64,000 nt of DNA from Eledone cirrhosa. Lineage: Eukaryota. The notes beneath the pieces were generated by a model, which saw nothing but the letters and a program-made list of their open reading frames with translations, searched no databases and had not been told where the DNA came from. The translations under genes were made by a program, and so were the position numbers. Positions 13,312 to 28,620 of the stretch are shown piece by piece. The DNA lies in assembly GCA_964016885.1 (NCBI GenBank), contig OZ024749.1, positions 42,098,001 through 42,162,000 of the forward strand. Reading direction: 5' to 3'. Position 1 is the first letter of the stretch; each line of letters starts with the position of its first letter.

Positions 13312-13773
13312 AGGAAAAAGTACTCTGGTGCATTATGGTCCATCTAGTTCCTTACCACAACTCCTTCGTTATATATATATATCTATATATATTTATATAT
13401 ATATTTATATATATATATAGTAATAATAATAAATTTGAAGACTAAACATAGATATCCAATCTTCAGCTGATTGTTATTCATTGAACATTGGTTTTTTGAT
13501 ATCTCCTGTAGACATATTGATATTTTTATTCATTCTATGCTCATGTGATATCACATAAGTATTTAAAAAAAGATAAAGAAGTACGGAAATAGTATTGTTC
13601 CTCATGAAAGTCTGTTGCTTGGTGGTTCGGATGTCAGGCACACACACATGTGGCTTAGAGTTCAATTCCCTGACCAGATAACACATTATGTCCTTGAGAA
13701 GTTGGAAAAAAGAGTTGTGATGACACTGGTGCCAAACTCTATTGATCCTTGCCTTTCCCTTGGACAACATTAA

Positions 13774-14043
13774 CCCTTTAGCATTTACATTACTTTATGT
13801 TTACTATTATATTTTCATGGTAAAATAAAGTACCAGTAATGTACTGAGTAATTGCTGGCCTTGTGCCTAAAGTAGAAACAATTATAGTTTCATGGTAAAC
13901 GTTTTACCTCACATAATATTGAATCTATGAGATTTTGATATTTATTTTGAGAATAATACCTTAACATAAGTAGAAGAGGCTGGTTTGAACAGAAAGAGGC
14001 GAGAGAATTCTGGTCGGATACAACCAGTTTAAATGCTGAAGGG
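13774..14043 (+). mobile_element. piggyBac-type MITE with a nested SINE fragment
   Basis: TTAA-CCCTTTAGCATTTA ... TAAATGCTGAAGGG-TTAA; SINE piece at ~13820-13884; family members at 26834-27052 and 36218-36422. Confidence 0.85.
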
Positions 14044-14129
14044 TTAAATATAGTGTATATATAATTTATATATATATATATATACTGTGTATTGTGACAA
14101 CACTGGTATCAATCAGGTCTCTCAACCTG

Positions 14130-14900
14130 ACGGTGTACACATCTGGATGTGTGTGTTTTTGTCTACCTGTTTGTGTACACATCTGGATGTCTGTCTGTGT
14201 TTTTGTCTACCTGTTTGTGTACATATCTGTCTGTCTACCTATTGGTGTCTGTCTTGTGTACATATTTGTCTGTCTACCTATTGGTGTCTGTCTACCTGTT
14301 GGTGTCTGTCTACCTGTTGGTGTCTGTCTACCTGTTGGTGTCTGTCTACCTGTTGGTGTCTGTCTACCTGTTGGTGTCTGTCTACCTGTTGGTGTCTGTC
14401 TACCTGTTGGTGTCTGTCTACCTGTTGGTGTCTGTCTACCTGTTGGTGTTTGTCTACCTGTTGGTGTCTGTCTTGTGTACATATTTGTCTGTCTACCTGT
14501 TGGTGTCTGTCTACCTGTTGGTGTCTGTCTACCTGTTGGCGTCTGTCTACCTGTTGGCGTCTGTCTTGTGTACATATTTGTCTGTCTACCTGTTGGTGTC
14601 TGTCTACCTGTTGGCGTCTGTCTACCTGTTGGCGTCTGTCTTGTGTGCATATTTGTCTGTCTACCTGTTGGTGTCCGTCTTGTGTACATATTTGTCTGTC
14701 TACCTGTTGGTGTCCGTCTTGTGTACATATTTGTCTGTCTACCTGTTGGTGTCCGTCTTGTGTACATATTTGTCTGTCTACCTGTTGGTGTCCGTCTTGT
14801 GTACATATTTGTCTGTCTACCTGTTGGTGTCCGTCTTGTGTACATATTTGTCTGTCTACCTGTTGGTGTCTGTCTTGTGTACATATCTGTATATTTGGCT
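14130..14900. repeat. 18-bp/39-bp minisatellite (ctgtctacctgttggtgt)
   Basis: Tandem units visible directly; source of the CLSTCW / CLPVGV pseudo-ORFs. Confidence 0.95.
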
Positions 14901-15359
14901 ACCTGTCTGCATGTCTATTTGCTATGTGAACATCTATCTGTCTGCCAGTGTGTCTGTATCTATCACCTGTTCTCTACATACATGTCAGTGTGCCTATCTA
15001 TCTGATGTCTACACACCTGTGTCAGTCTACAGTCTACCTGTAGATGTACCTGTGTGTCTGACTGTAGATCTATGTATTTGTAGACTTGTATATGTATGCA
15101 GGTCTATCTCCCTATACATGTCTGTATCTGTCTACATGTATGTCTAACTATATCTTGTCTTCCTGTGTCTACCTGTAGCTGTCTCCTGTCTCTATCTACC
15201 TGTATCTGTCTACCTATATCTGTCTACCTATATCTGTCTCCTGTCTCTGTCTTTGTGGCTATATCAGTGTTTACCCTATGTCCCTATCAGTTTACCTGTA
15301 TCTGTCTACTTGCATCAGTAGACACCATGATATGTCTGTACCTGTCTACCTGAATCAGT

Positions 15360-16195
15360 GTATTCCCTCATATCATTGTACCTGTCGACCTGTAATAATG
15401 TCCACCCTGATATAATAATGAAAATTATTGTGTACAGTGCTCAGGTGCACTATAACTCATGAAAGGTGCATGTATATTACATAGAATAATGTACAAATGT
15501 CTGTACCTGTCTACCTGTAATGTCTACCCTGATATCACTGTACCTGTCTACCTGTAATAATGTCTACCCTGATATCACTGTACCTGTCTACCTGTAATAA
15601 TGTCTGCCCTGATATCACTGCACCTGTCTACCTGTAATAATGTCTACCCTGATATCACTGCACCTGTCTACCTGTAATAATGTCTGCCCTGATATCACTG
15701 TACCTGTCTACCTGAATCAGTGTCCACCCTGATATTACTGCACCTGTCTACCTGTAATAATGTCTACCCTGATATTACTGTACCTGTCTACCTGTAATAC
15801 TGTCTACCCTGATATTACTGTACCTGTCTATCTGTAATACTGTCTACCCTGATATTACTGTACCTGTCTACCTGTAATACTGTCTACCCTGATATCACTG
15901 TACCTGTCTACCTGTAATAATGTCTACCCTGATATTACTGCACCTGTCTACCTGAATCAGTGTCCACCCTGATATGCCTGTAATAATGTCTATACTGATA
16001 TCACTGTACCTGTCTACCTGTAATAATGTCTACCCTGATATCACTGTACCTGTCTACCTGTAATAATGTCTACCCTGATATCACTGTACCTGTCTACCTG
16101 TAATACTGTCTACCCTGATATTACTGTACCTGTCTACCTGTAATAATGTCTACCCTGATATCACTGTACCTGTCTACTTGTAATAATGTCTACCA
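15360..16195. repeat. 40-bp minisatellite (tacctgtctacctgtaataatgtctaccctgatatcactg)
   Basis: Roughly 18-20 tandem units. Confidence 0.95.
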
Positions 16196-16283
16196 GCATC
16201 AGTATCTACCCTCATATGTCTCCATGTTAGGTGGTACTATCTGACAGAAAAATAGAGAAAAAGACAGTAAAAAAGCAGCTTAC

Positions 16284-16369
16284 CTTTTGTAACTTTCATC
16301 TTCTTCTTCTCTTCTTTACTGTCAGGTTCTTTCGGAAGAGGTTTATTCTCCAATGGCATGTTTGCCTCT
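16284..16369 (-). CDS. Pak: Internal coding exon, probably the N-terminal region of a group I p21-activated kinase
   Basis: Acceptor ttattgttttgtAG, donor GTAAGC; 86 nt reading (phase 2) A-GAG GCA AAC ATG... = EANMPLENKPLPKEPDSKEEKKKMKVTK+G. The (K/R)PLPKEPD plus acidic/poly-K stretch matches, from memory, the second PxxP motif and basic patch upstream of the CRIB domain of invertebrate Pak. CRIB and kinase exons were not found in the window. Confidence 0.6.
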
Positions 16370-17879
16370 CTACAAAACAATAAGAAATTCATGAGAAACT
16401 TTGCTGCTACTGCTACTGTCGCTGGTGACAGTGGCAGTGATGTTGTGGTTGTAATGTGTTGAGGGTTGGTGGTTTTAGTGGACTAGGTGGTGGTGAGGGT
16501 GAGGGTTGCAGTGGTTTTAGTGGACTAGGTGGTGGTGAGGGTGAGGGTTGCAGTAGTTTTAGAGATCTGTGTGATGGTGATGGTGGGGGGGGGGGGGGGG
16601 CAGTGATGTGATTGTATTTTGTTGAGGGTTAGTGGTTTTAGTGGACTAGGTGATGTGGTGGTGGTGATGGTGAGGGTAGCAGTGGTTTTAGTGTGTTGAG
16701 GGTTAGTGGTGAGGGTGCTGGTGGTGATGGTGGCTGTGGTGGGTGACAGTGGAGTGAGGTTAAGGCTGTAGTGTGTTGAGGGTTAGTGGTTTTGATGGTC
16801 AGGGTGGTGGTGATGGTGGTTGCAGGGCTAGTGAGATGGTGGTGGTCATAGATTGGTGTTGGTGGTGAGGGTCAGGGGTAAGAGTGACAATGATATTGCA
16901 GTTGTAGTTTGTTAGGGGCTGGTGAAGCTGGTGGTGGTGGTGATGGTGTTGGTGGTATAAGTGAGGTGGTAGGTGCTAGTATATTGTTGATGATGCTGGT
17001 ACCATTGTTGGTATGCTGTTGGTGGTATTGGTGGTGGTGTTGGAATTATTGATGGCAAAGGTGTTGGAGATGATATTAACAAATGATGATAATGATGATG
17101 ATGATGATAGTAGGAGGTGCTACAGTTTATTGAGGGCATGGGACAACAAAAGTAACAACGACAAGAACAACAACATTATGTGCAGAGTAGCGGAGCACTT
17201 GACTGATTGATGTAAGTGAGGTGACTCAAGCTAGTAAGTAGAGATATATATCTGAGAAGTAGAAACATGTAATGGAATGGTTTGTGTGTGTGTGTGTGTG
17301 TGAGAAGGTAGGCTCTGAGAAGGAATGAGACTGAGACAGAGATAGAGAGAGAGGGAGAGAGAGAAAGAGAAGGGTAGAATGAGGAAGAGAGGTGGAGAAA
17401 GAAAGAGGGAGAGAGAGGGAGAAAAAGGAGTGAAATCAAGAGAGAAAGAGAAAAATGTAAGAGAATGAGTGACATGAGTAATGAGAGAGAGAGAGAGAGA
17501 GAGAGTGGGGGTTACCTCTACAACCCCAACCAACGCACAGATCAACAAAAGACCCCTCTTCACACACACAATCTAGAGTATAGCATTAAACTAAATTTAT
17601 CATGTCAAGAAGGTTGTGTGACATTTCTAGAAATAGAAATGTGTCCATCTTTTTAAAAAGGAGAAGCATATGTAAGAGATACGCACACACACAGACATAT
17701 ATATCCATTTAAGGACCTTTAAGTCACAATAGTAGAGTAACATTTCACACCTCTGCAATATATAACTGGGTCTCACACGCCCCTCCTCTCTCTCTCTCAC
17801 ACACCATACACAATACTGCAAGAATCCTACAAGAACTTTCTAAAGGCTCTTGTGTAAAAAAAAAAAAATATATCAATCT

Positions 17880-19130
<1,251 letters not shown>

Positions 19131-19294
19131 CCAGGTGCTGGTGTTAAACTATCTACTAAAGGTACCCAATTGCCAGGTGGTGGTGTTAAACTGTTCACTG
19201 AAAATACCCAAGGACCAGGTTCTGAAATGTTATCTGCCAACAATAGTGTGTGTGTGTATTATTAAATGATGATGATAATGATATATATCTCAAA

Positions 19295-19630
19295 TGTGCA
19301 TGGCTTCGTGGTTAGAGTGTTGGGCTTACAATCATGAGATTGTGAATTTGATTCCCGGACTGGGTGATGCATTGTGTCCTTGAGCAAGACACTTTATTTC
19401 ACATTGCCGCAGTTCATCCAGCTGCAGAAATGAGTTGCAACATCACTGGTGCCAAGCTGCATCGACCATTAACTTTCGCTTGGATAATATTGGTGGTGTG
19501 GAGAAGGGAGACCAGTATGCATGGGTGACTGCTAGTCTTCCATAAACAATCTTGGCCAGACTTGTGCCTTGAAGGTGAAGTTTCTAGGTGCAAATCCCAT
19601 GATCTTTCATGATTGAAGGGGCTTTTATAT
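19295..19630 (+). mobile_element. tRNA-derived SINE (family B head, different body)
   Basis: catggcttcgtggttagagtgttgggcttacaatc...ccttgagcaagacactttatttcacattg. Confidence 0.75.
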
Positions 19631-20142
19631 AACACAAAACATAGCTTTATTAAAGTTTGGTGAATAAATTGAACATTATTTATTCTATCTGTAGATCAGC
19701 AGGTTATGTACCAGTGACAGTAATGCAGTTGAAAATTTCCAAACTAGCCACCCTGCCACTCTACCTTCATCTACCTTAATCTGTATTATCATGGAACATA
19801 TTTAATAAGGAGGCTTAGCTGGAGAAGAGGAAGTACGAGGGGAGGTAACTATCTAAACAATAAGGATAGTCACAAATGAATGTTTCACACACAGACTGTA
19901 ACAAGTGGACATAGGCATGGCAGTATTGCTAAGTCCTGCAGTGTTGTATCTTGGGCAAGTATCTTCTATTAACAGCTTGGATTGACCAATGCCTTGTAAG
20001 GGAAATTTGGTAGACAAAAACTGCAGAAGAGCCCATATCTCTCTGTATGAGCAAGGCATGGTCACCTGACCCAACATTGCCCACAACAGAACCACTCATC
20101 TAATCCATGCTAGCGTGGAAAAATGGACGTAAAACGATGATG

Positions 20143-20176
<34 letters not shown>

Positions 20177-20184
<8 letters not shown>

Positions 20185-20345
20185 ATATATTAATAAATGG
20201 AAACTATATTTATGGTTTTATAAATATAGTTTCCATTTATTAATATATTGTGTATTTACTCCACTACTCTGTTGAGTGCTTTATATCAGTTATAAAATTG
20301 TTTAAGCTTGTTGAATCCCAACAAATTAAATATAACCTCTGCATA
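20177..20345 (+). mobile_element. Palindromic pLTR-like remnant in (TA)n, no ribozyme core retained
   Basis: Perfect palindrome ~20178-20255 (loop ggtttt), then ACTCcactactctgttGAGTgctt and a tail; motif close to 63211-63238 (-). Confidence 0.6.
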
Positions 20346-21269
20346 TATATGAGAGAGAGAAATGTATGTATGTATGTATGAATGCATGGTTATACATATG
20401 TCTATGTTTGTGTCTGTTGTTAACTCCTGTAACATTGTGGTTAAACAAAAACAGGATGGATAAAATAAGTACCAGCAGATTTGAAAACAATAAGTAGTAT
20501 TGGTGGAGGGTCAATATGATTAACTAAATGTAGTGCCCTGGCATGGCCACAAATACAATGACTGAAACCAGTAAAAGAATAAAATAGCACACACACACAG
20601 TAAGAAGTTATTTTACACACACACACACACACACACTGACCTTTGTCAGTGCAACATTATTTAATTTTAAGGAAAGAACAGTAGCCACAGCATTTCCACA
20701 ACATTGTGTCTTATTTAGATGTACAAAGCTAATAAAAATAGCTCAATATAACCCAGGGACGCCTTCAGCATGAAACGATTAGTTGAGTGTTAACATATCT
20801 AATGATGAAAGGAAAAAGTTCAGCCACAGATGTTAATGAGATCTGGTCAAGGCTAAAGGGAGACAACTTAAGTTACCCACGAAAGTAAATGCTTACATCA
20901 TCATGTATAACATCAATAAGAGAACTTCTAAGTGGTCATTTGAGTTGCTAGAAATACCAGTCAAGTTTCTCTCAAATAATTCTATTGTATTAAAACAGGA
21001 AACATTAGATAATGTATTTCAAGATAAAATTAAACTAAACTGTGTATATGTTTGTGCAGGGGGATCGGACGATCTGATATGAGGGCAGTAGTCAAATGTA
21101 GGATAATAGTGAGTGTATGTCTGTGATTGTGTATGTATGATTGAGTATTTATGTGTAAATGTGTGTGTGTGTGTGTGTGTCTATGTATGTGTGATTTTAT
21201 GTTTATTAGTGTTGATGGTGATGATATATATATATATATATATATATTTCATTTTATTTTCATTTCATT

Positions 21270-21592
21270 TCATTTTACATCCGCTTTTCCCTGCTTGCAA
21301 GGGTGGGACGGGAACTGATTCTGGCTTGATTTCTACAGCTGGATGCCCTTCCTAACACCAACCTCATTTACAGTGAGTGCTGGGTGCTTTTTTGCCGTGG
21401 CACCTCCACGACCACTTTGCAGTGGAATGATAGAGACCCCATTCCCTATCATCTCATTTCTACAGCTGAGTAAACTGGAGCAATGTGAAATAAAGTCTCT
21501 TGCTCAAGGAAACAACACATCACCTGGTCTGAGAATTGAACTCACAACCTTTCGATTGCAAGGCCAATGCTCTAACCACTAAGCCATGTGCC
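21270..21592 (-). mobile_element. Full-length family B SINE, inverted relative to 12967-13311
   Basis: Reverse complement aligns along its length with 12967-13290; the ORF-track peptides of the two copies are nearly identical. Confidence 0.85.
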
Positions 21593-23431
21593 TATATATA
21601 TATATAAAAGTGTATAATTTAAGCCATTGAGAATTTTAATCCAAATAAAGTGTTTTAATGGTAGATAGGATGGTGTCAGATTCTGTGTAAAAAGAGAGGT
21701 TGGTATTGGTTAAAGGTTGTGTGAGACAATAGATAAATGATGATGATAGTGATGATGAGATGACAGTGGTGGTGTTAGTGACGATGGTGATGATGATGTT
21801 AGTGATGGTGATGGTGGTGGTGATGTTAGTGACAATGGTGGTGGTGTTATTGAAGATGCTGGTGGTGGTGTTATTGAAGATGCTGGCGGTGATGTTAGTG
21901 ACGATGTTGGCGGTGATGGTGGTGGTGTTAGAGATGATGGTGGTGTTAGAGATGATGATGATGGCGATAGTGGTGATAGTGATACTGATGATGATGGTGG
22001 AAGTGATAATGATGATGATAATGCTGATGATGGTGATGATAATGTCAGTGATGATGATGATGGGTGATGATTATGATAACAATAGTGATGATGGCGATGA
22101 CAATGGTAATGATGATGATGATGAACAAAATAAATATATGAAAATAGCAAGGAAGAACTTCCTTCTCCATTAGTGCATTAGTGATGGCTACTACCAGGTT
22201 TAGAATTAGACACTTCACCAGCAGATGGAATCATTCAACTGACAAACTGAAGAACATCTTTAAGATAGTACTTTTACATAGTAGTGGTGGTGGTAGTAGT
22301 AGTGGTAGAGGTGGTGGTCATGAGAGTAGTATTAGTGGTAGTGGTAGTAGTAGTATTAGTGGTGGTGGAGGTGGCTGTGGTAGTGGGAGTAGTAGTAGTA
22401 GTGGTGGTGGTGGTGGTGGTGGTGGTAATGATAGTAATGGTTGAGGTGGTGGCTGTGGTAGTGGTGATATCTGTATTGTTTTTAACTGAATATATCTTGT
22501 AATCCTTTCATACACATTAAAAGTTTAACAGTTATTGAATTGTGCGTATCTGCATATGTATATGTGTGTGTGTGTGTGTGTGAATATATATATATATATT
22601 GAGTTGGTGTCTTAATGATACTGACTTAAATTTTTGAGTGAGTAGAGAAATTACCAAAGATGTATCAGTCATATTCAATAGCTTTATTTCAGTATTATAT
22701 ATCATCATCCTCATCACCCTGTAAAGTGGTAGTGTTGGAGCCATGATAAAATACACCCACTACACTCTGTAAAGTGGTAGTGCTGGAGCCATGACAAAAC
22801 ACACCCAGTACAATCTGTAAAGTAGTAGTGCTAGTGCTACTTTATTTATCATCTCCTGAAAGGATGAAATGCAAAGTTAATCTCTGCAGGATTTGAACTC
22901 AGAGTACAGAGAACTGGAATAAATACTGCAAAGTATTCTATCTGACGCCTCTAACAGCTATGACATTTTTCTGCCTTTCAATGGAATGCAATGATCCCAT
23001 TAAACTCTTCATACGCCTATTATATATTTACAAATCCGTTTATTCTATTATATATTTACAGAACCATTTATCAATTAATTGAGAACTTCATATACATGTA
23101 GAAGTGTGCTTAACTGGAAAACATCTGAAATTGGCAATTTAACGGAAATGATGGAACTATGAGAAAATAGCAGAGAAAGGTAAAGAGAACAAACACAGAA
23201 TGGCAGAGAAATACAGAGAGAACTAACATAGAATGGTAGAGAGAAGTAGCAGAGAATGGTAGAGGGAAGTAGCAGAGAATGATAGAGGGAAGTAGCAGAG
23301 AATGGTAGAGGGAACTGGCAGAGAATGGTAGAAGGAAGAAAGGCAGATGGAACTATTAGAGAATGACAGATGCAACAGTAATTAAATGATGGAGTAAAGG
23401 TATGTCTTTTATATTTTACACCTTTTTTTAA

Positions 23432-23660
23432 CTCTTAACATCCTGTGTCACATCAGACCACATTAGCAAAATAGCATATCATTCTTGAAAAAGTACAAAA
23501 CAGCATTATGACAACATCAGATTAAAAATTAAAGCCTTTGCTCTAATACTGCATGTAAATTTTCACAAAGACCTTTCCATCAATAAAGATACTATAAACA
23601 TCTGAATTAACAAACCTATTTTAAAATATATTTTTCTGAATCATTTCAGGATGTTAAGAG
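23432..23660 (+). mobile_element. TTAA-type MITE (TIR CTCTTAACATCCTG)
   Basis: ttaa-ctcttaacatcctg ... caggatgttaagag-ataa. Confidence 0.8.
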
Positions 23661-23828
23661 ATAACGAACCACTTTCCTATTATCCAGAAACAGTTGGTTC
23701 ACCGATATCCAGTCCAAGACACTATTCTCCAGAGACAAACAGTCCATTGTAAGAGAAGGCAGCAAAGTAAGTAGTTAAATACCTTTTATAATCTAGTCTA
23801 GTTAATATGAAGCACTGTGAGAGATGCA

Positions 23829-24170
23829 ATAAATGACTAATAAGTTTCAATAAGCTGGTTCAATGCGGTAGAAATATATAAAGGGCAAAGGATGCCAAAT
23901 AAAACAAAACAAAGTAATGTTTTAGCCAGTATATTTCAACATGATATTTCTGGGCTATAAACATCTTTCCAAATGTGAAACTGAAACAGTCCAAAACAAA
24001 AACAAATGATCAATTCCATTTCACATTTGAAAAGAGGGTAATAACCCTGAAATATCATATTGAAATATATTGAGTAAAACATTACTTTTTTTTGTTTTAT
24101 TTGTCATCCTTTGCCCTTTATATATTTCTATTGCATTGTACTGGCTTATTGAAACTTATCAATTATTTAC
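23829..24170. mobile_element. Long fold-back element (~155-bp imperfect arms), MITE-like
   Basis: For example tagaaatatataaagggcaaaggatg (~23868-23894) is the reverse complement of catcctttgccctttatatatttcta (~24105-24130); ~35-bp spacer. Confidence 0.75.
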
Positions 24171-24554
24171 TACGTTTTATTATGTTTAATAGAATGATGT
24201 TGATCGATCTTTGATTGGTTTCAACAATGTGTATTCAGCTGTTCAATCAACTAGATGTTCAATTCATGACTTTATATGTAAATGGTTGAGTATTCCACAG
24301 ACATGATTCCAAAGCCAAATTAGTGTGACCTTTGAATTACTGGTACAATCCATCTGACAGGCTTCCACACAGTTTCTGTCTACATAATTTCACTTACGAG
24401 GCTTGGGGGTGAACCTGAGACTATGGTAAAGATACTTGCTCAAGATGCCACACAGTGGGATTGAACTCAAGACCTCCTGATGGCAAAAAAAAAAGAAAAG
24501 AAATGAAATTTACAGCTCACAACTATGTATGTTCAGCTGGCATTTGACAAGGTT

Positions 24555-24775
24555 GTACCACATTGGAAGTTTCTTGGGTGTTTTAACGATAGGGAGACCC
24601 CACACATTGGAAGTTTCTTAGATGTTTTAACAATAGGGGGACCCCACACACTGGAAGTTCTTGGATGTTTTAATAATAGGGGGACTCCACACACTGGAAG
24701 TTCTTGGATGTTTTAATGATAGGGGGACCCCACACACTGGAAGTTCTTGGATGTTTTAATGATAGGGGGACCCCA
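24555..24775. repeat. 43-44-bp minisatellite, ~5 copies
   Basis: ccacacactggaagttcttggatgttttaatgatagggggacc units. Confidence 0.9.
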
Positions 24776-25400
24776 GTCCTATCATGAAATGAAGTGAGAT
24801 GCTTCAGAAACCAACACACTGCTCAATCTAGTAATCGAACCCATAACTCTATGATCATGAGTCCAACACCTTAACCACTAAGCCATGTCTGTTCACTGTC
24901 CACTTAATAGACCAATTACAAACTGAGATCATATTCTGGAAATTTAAGAATCACCATTGAATTCTATTTATTGATTGTGGCTATATTAGGAAGGAAATTG
25001 TTATTTGATATCTGAATATAAAGAATATGAAGATAGGAGGACCCTTTAGTGAATAGAGGGAAGAACATGGACAACCACTGCATGTGTGTGTAAATGATAT
25101 TAATGGATGTGAGAATGAGTACTTAATACCAATGATTCTGTTAGTACTCAGATGAAACTCCCAAGTAACAAGACTCACCACTTAGCCATAATATATATCA
25201 TCATTTCCATTTGGCATCAATTCTTCCATGCTTGCTTGGGTTAGACGGGTTGTCCATCCCGACAGGCAAGTTTATTTATTTTTTCTTTTGTCCTAGCAGC
25301 CAATGAGAGGTTAGCATTGTAATGGGCCTTCCACTATACAGTGGTGGCCATAATTGGACCCTGAAACCTAAGGTCATGTTAAGTGTATGAAATTTTAATT

Positions 25401-25440
<40 letters not shown>

Positions 25441-25723
25441 GATGGGCTACAGTAACGTTTCCATCTACCAAACTCCATTCTCAAGGTATTGGTCAACTCC
25501 TGTTGTTATGACAGGAGAAAACACTTGCCCAAGGTAGGTGCCATGCCATGAGAAGTGAACCTCGAACCATGTGGTTGTGAAGTCAACACATTAACCAGAC
25601 AGTCATGTACAGAAGATATGGTTATCTCGATGATGTTCAAGTATCAGAGACTCAGAAGGATTTGGCTGATCTCCAGGAATAAAATAAATGAATTTCACAC
25701 ACACACACACACACATACACACA

Positions 25724-25823
25724 TAGGGTGTCCCAAAAAATGTATACACATTTTGATTACCTATACAGGCAATATTTATTAGAATGTTGTTGAAATGTGT
25801 ATATATTTTTCTTGGACATCTTG
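25724..25823. mobile_element. Tc1/mariner-type MITE (~100 bp)
   Basis: tagggtgtcccaaaaaatgtatacacatttt ... aaatgtgtatatatttttcttggacatcttg-TA. Confidence 0.7.
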
Positions 25824-26122
25824 TATATGTGTATGTAGAAACTATCCGTAGGTGTGAAAACGGAAAATGCTGCTCAAACATGGAAGAGAGCCGATATATG
25901 ATATTTATACCCCCCACCATATATATATAATAGATGAATAAATATACATACATATAGCCTAACCTCATCCTTCTAAACTGTCACTAAGAACCTTTAGGTA
26001 TCTTATTTTTGTGATTTTTGGTAAATTTCCTGCTACTCCTTAGTCACAACAGGATTGTTGTTTACATTGGAATTACTTAAGCTAAAATTGGTTTAAATTT
26101 AGCATCACTTGAAATATATATG

Positions 26123-26435
26123 CAGTGGAACCTCGGTCCACAAACGCCTCTCATCACAAACAAATCGGTTCACGAACAGTTTTTCTCAACATAAAATGCC
26201 TCGGTTCATGAACGGTGTCTTGAGTAATGAATACACAAACTGGCAACAAGCTTGGATTATTGGTAGGTAAGCGTCACTTGCTGTGTAGTTAGTTACTATC
26301 GGGATATCTGTCTTTCACACACACTCTTTCTCTCTATATATATTTCTCTCAACATTTTGTATAGGAAAAATAGTTTCAGTTTATGAACATTTTGGGTGAT
26401 GAATGGCCTTCAGTTTGTGAACCGAGGTTCTACTC
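26123..26435. mobile_element. pogo/Tigger-type non-autonomous DNA transposon
   Basis: TIRs CAGTGGAACCTCGGTCCACAAA / TTTGTGAACCGAGGTTCTACT. Confidence 0.75.
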
Positions 26436-26833
26436 TGTGTGTGTGTGTATATATATTCATACACACACATATATAGACATATAAGTTAAGTGTGTAACTA
26501 CAGTTACAGGCAGTTGGCCTTTCTGAGCACTTGATGCTGTTACAAGGACCAAATTATGTTGAGTTGTATTCCAGAGTTAAGGCAGCTGTTGTGTGCAGAG
26601 TGTAAATAAAAATAAGTAGGATTGAAGCCACTGTTACAGCATATATATATAAACTTTATGGACATATTACAATCGTTTCAATATCAATCAGCTCAGGGAA
26701 CAATAAGGACCAGGACCTGACATTTCCTCGACATCTCATCAGATATGTGAGTTTATATGTGCAAAGTTTGAATGTGTCTTTACACATACGGTTCTTTAGA
26801 GTTAGGTTTAGGGTTAGGTAGGATAAGGGTTAA

Positions 26834-27052
26834 CTCTTAAACATTTAAACCAACCATATCCTGCCAGAATTCTCTCACCTCTTTCTGTTCAAACTGGCCA
26901 TAACCAGCTGCTCATACTTATGTGAAGGTATTGTTCTAAAAATAGATAATATCAAAATCTCGTAGATTCGATATCATGTGAGATAATTATGAGTTAAAGT
27001 GTTTACCATGAAAATATAATAGTAAATATAGAGTAATGTAAATGCTAAAGGG
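26834..27052 (-). mobile_element. piggyBac-type MITE
   Basis: TTAA-flanked, reverse-complement homologue of 13774-14043 and 36218-36422. Confidence 0.8.
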
Positions 27053-27886
27053 TTAAGGTTTATTAAAGTTAGTGTTTGGTAGAGTGATGTGGCAACTTTT
27101 CTGGCACCCCACAGTATATGTCTCATGACAATATAAACACAGTTCATGTTCTCTTATAGGTTAGAATTAGATTTCATTAGAGTTGGTTAGGGTTAAGGTT
27201 AGGAATTGGTAGGGTAAGGGTTACTTAGAATTAGGGTTCAGGTGAATCCGACAGTATATGTTCATGTTCTTACTTTGAGATCTATTATCAACAATACCTG
27301 GTTCCCAAAATGGTCATCATATTTTAACCATTTACTAGCAGGAAAAAAAGCAGAAATGATAACTTGTTATCAGTTTTAATGCTAACTTCATCTGAAGACT
27401 GTCAGCTCTTTTGAAGTTGAATCGTTAACGAGGTTGGTTTAATGAATATTTTATATATTCTGTATGTCTTACATTTCCTTTGAAGGGAATATTAAAATAA
27501 ATATGTTTTTTTTTTTTGATAAAAACTATAAAAATAAATGATATGCATGTGTATGTGTTTACACACATATACATAGATACATACAAACATACATACATAG
27601 AAGCATACATCTATACATGTACATACACACAGAGTGGTCATAAGACTTTACACACACACAACACAGTGATCTCATGACTGCGAACACACACACACACACA
27701 TTATCAAGATCTATAAATATTAATGTCAGACACTGGCACACACTGTGGGGGAGGGGAAGTGAATTACACCAAAGTTACATATGACTGGTACTTTTTTTTT
27801 TATCGATTCTAGAATTTAACTTGAGTAGGAGTTCAACATAGAACATTACACTTTTCAAACTACCACACTCATTATTAAACACCCAC

Positions 27887-27946
<60 letters not shown>

Positions 27947-28294
27947 ATAACCAAACATACATATATATATATATATATATCCCAGTGGAAGGAACCTACA
28001 ATAGCGGAAGACCAAGGAAGTGGTGAGATGTTGTACTGGAAAAGACCTGTCCAACCCATGCAAGCATGGAAAAGTATATGTTAAATGATGATGTTGGTGG
28101 TGATGATATTATTGTTGAGGATGTTGTTGATGATGTTGGTGCTGCTGTTGTCATTAATTGTGTTGTTTAGTCAGAGATCAGCTGTGATCAACCAAATCAA
28201 TGACCAAAATGTTCCAACCATGACCATCCCATTTTATATTAAGACAATGTATTTGGAGCTACAGTACATAATGTATCATTTCTTTCTTTTTATC

Positions 28295-28620
28295 CTTTCA
28301 TTACCATATTTCTAATGAAAGGCACAGCTTATGTCCTTAACCCTTTCATTACCATATTTCTAATGAAAGGCACAGCTTATGTCCTTAACCCTTTCATTAC
28401 CATATTTCTAATGAAAGGCACAGCTTATGTCCTTAACCCTTTCATTACCATATTTCTAATGAAAGGCACAGCTTATGTCCTTAACCCTTTCATTACAATA
28501 TTCCTAATGAAAGGTACAGATTAGGTCTTTAACCTTTTCACTTCCATATTTCTAACAAAAGACACTGCCTATATTTTTAACCCTTTTATTACTATGTTTC
28601 TAATGAAAGGCACTGCCTAT
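28295..28620. repeat. 48-bp tandem array of a MITE terminus
   Basis: taaccctttcattaccatatttctaatgaaaggcacagcttatgtcct x ~6-7, continuing into the MITE body. Confidence 0.85.

Noticed and set aside
26700-26750. Minus-strand CTGATGA-N9-GAAA as a hammerhead
   Set aside because: No pairable stem II or stem I.
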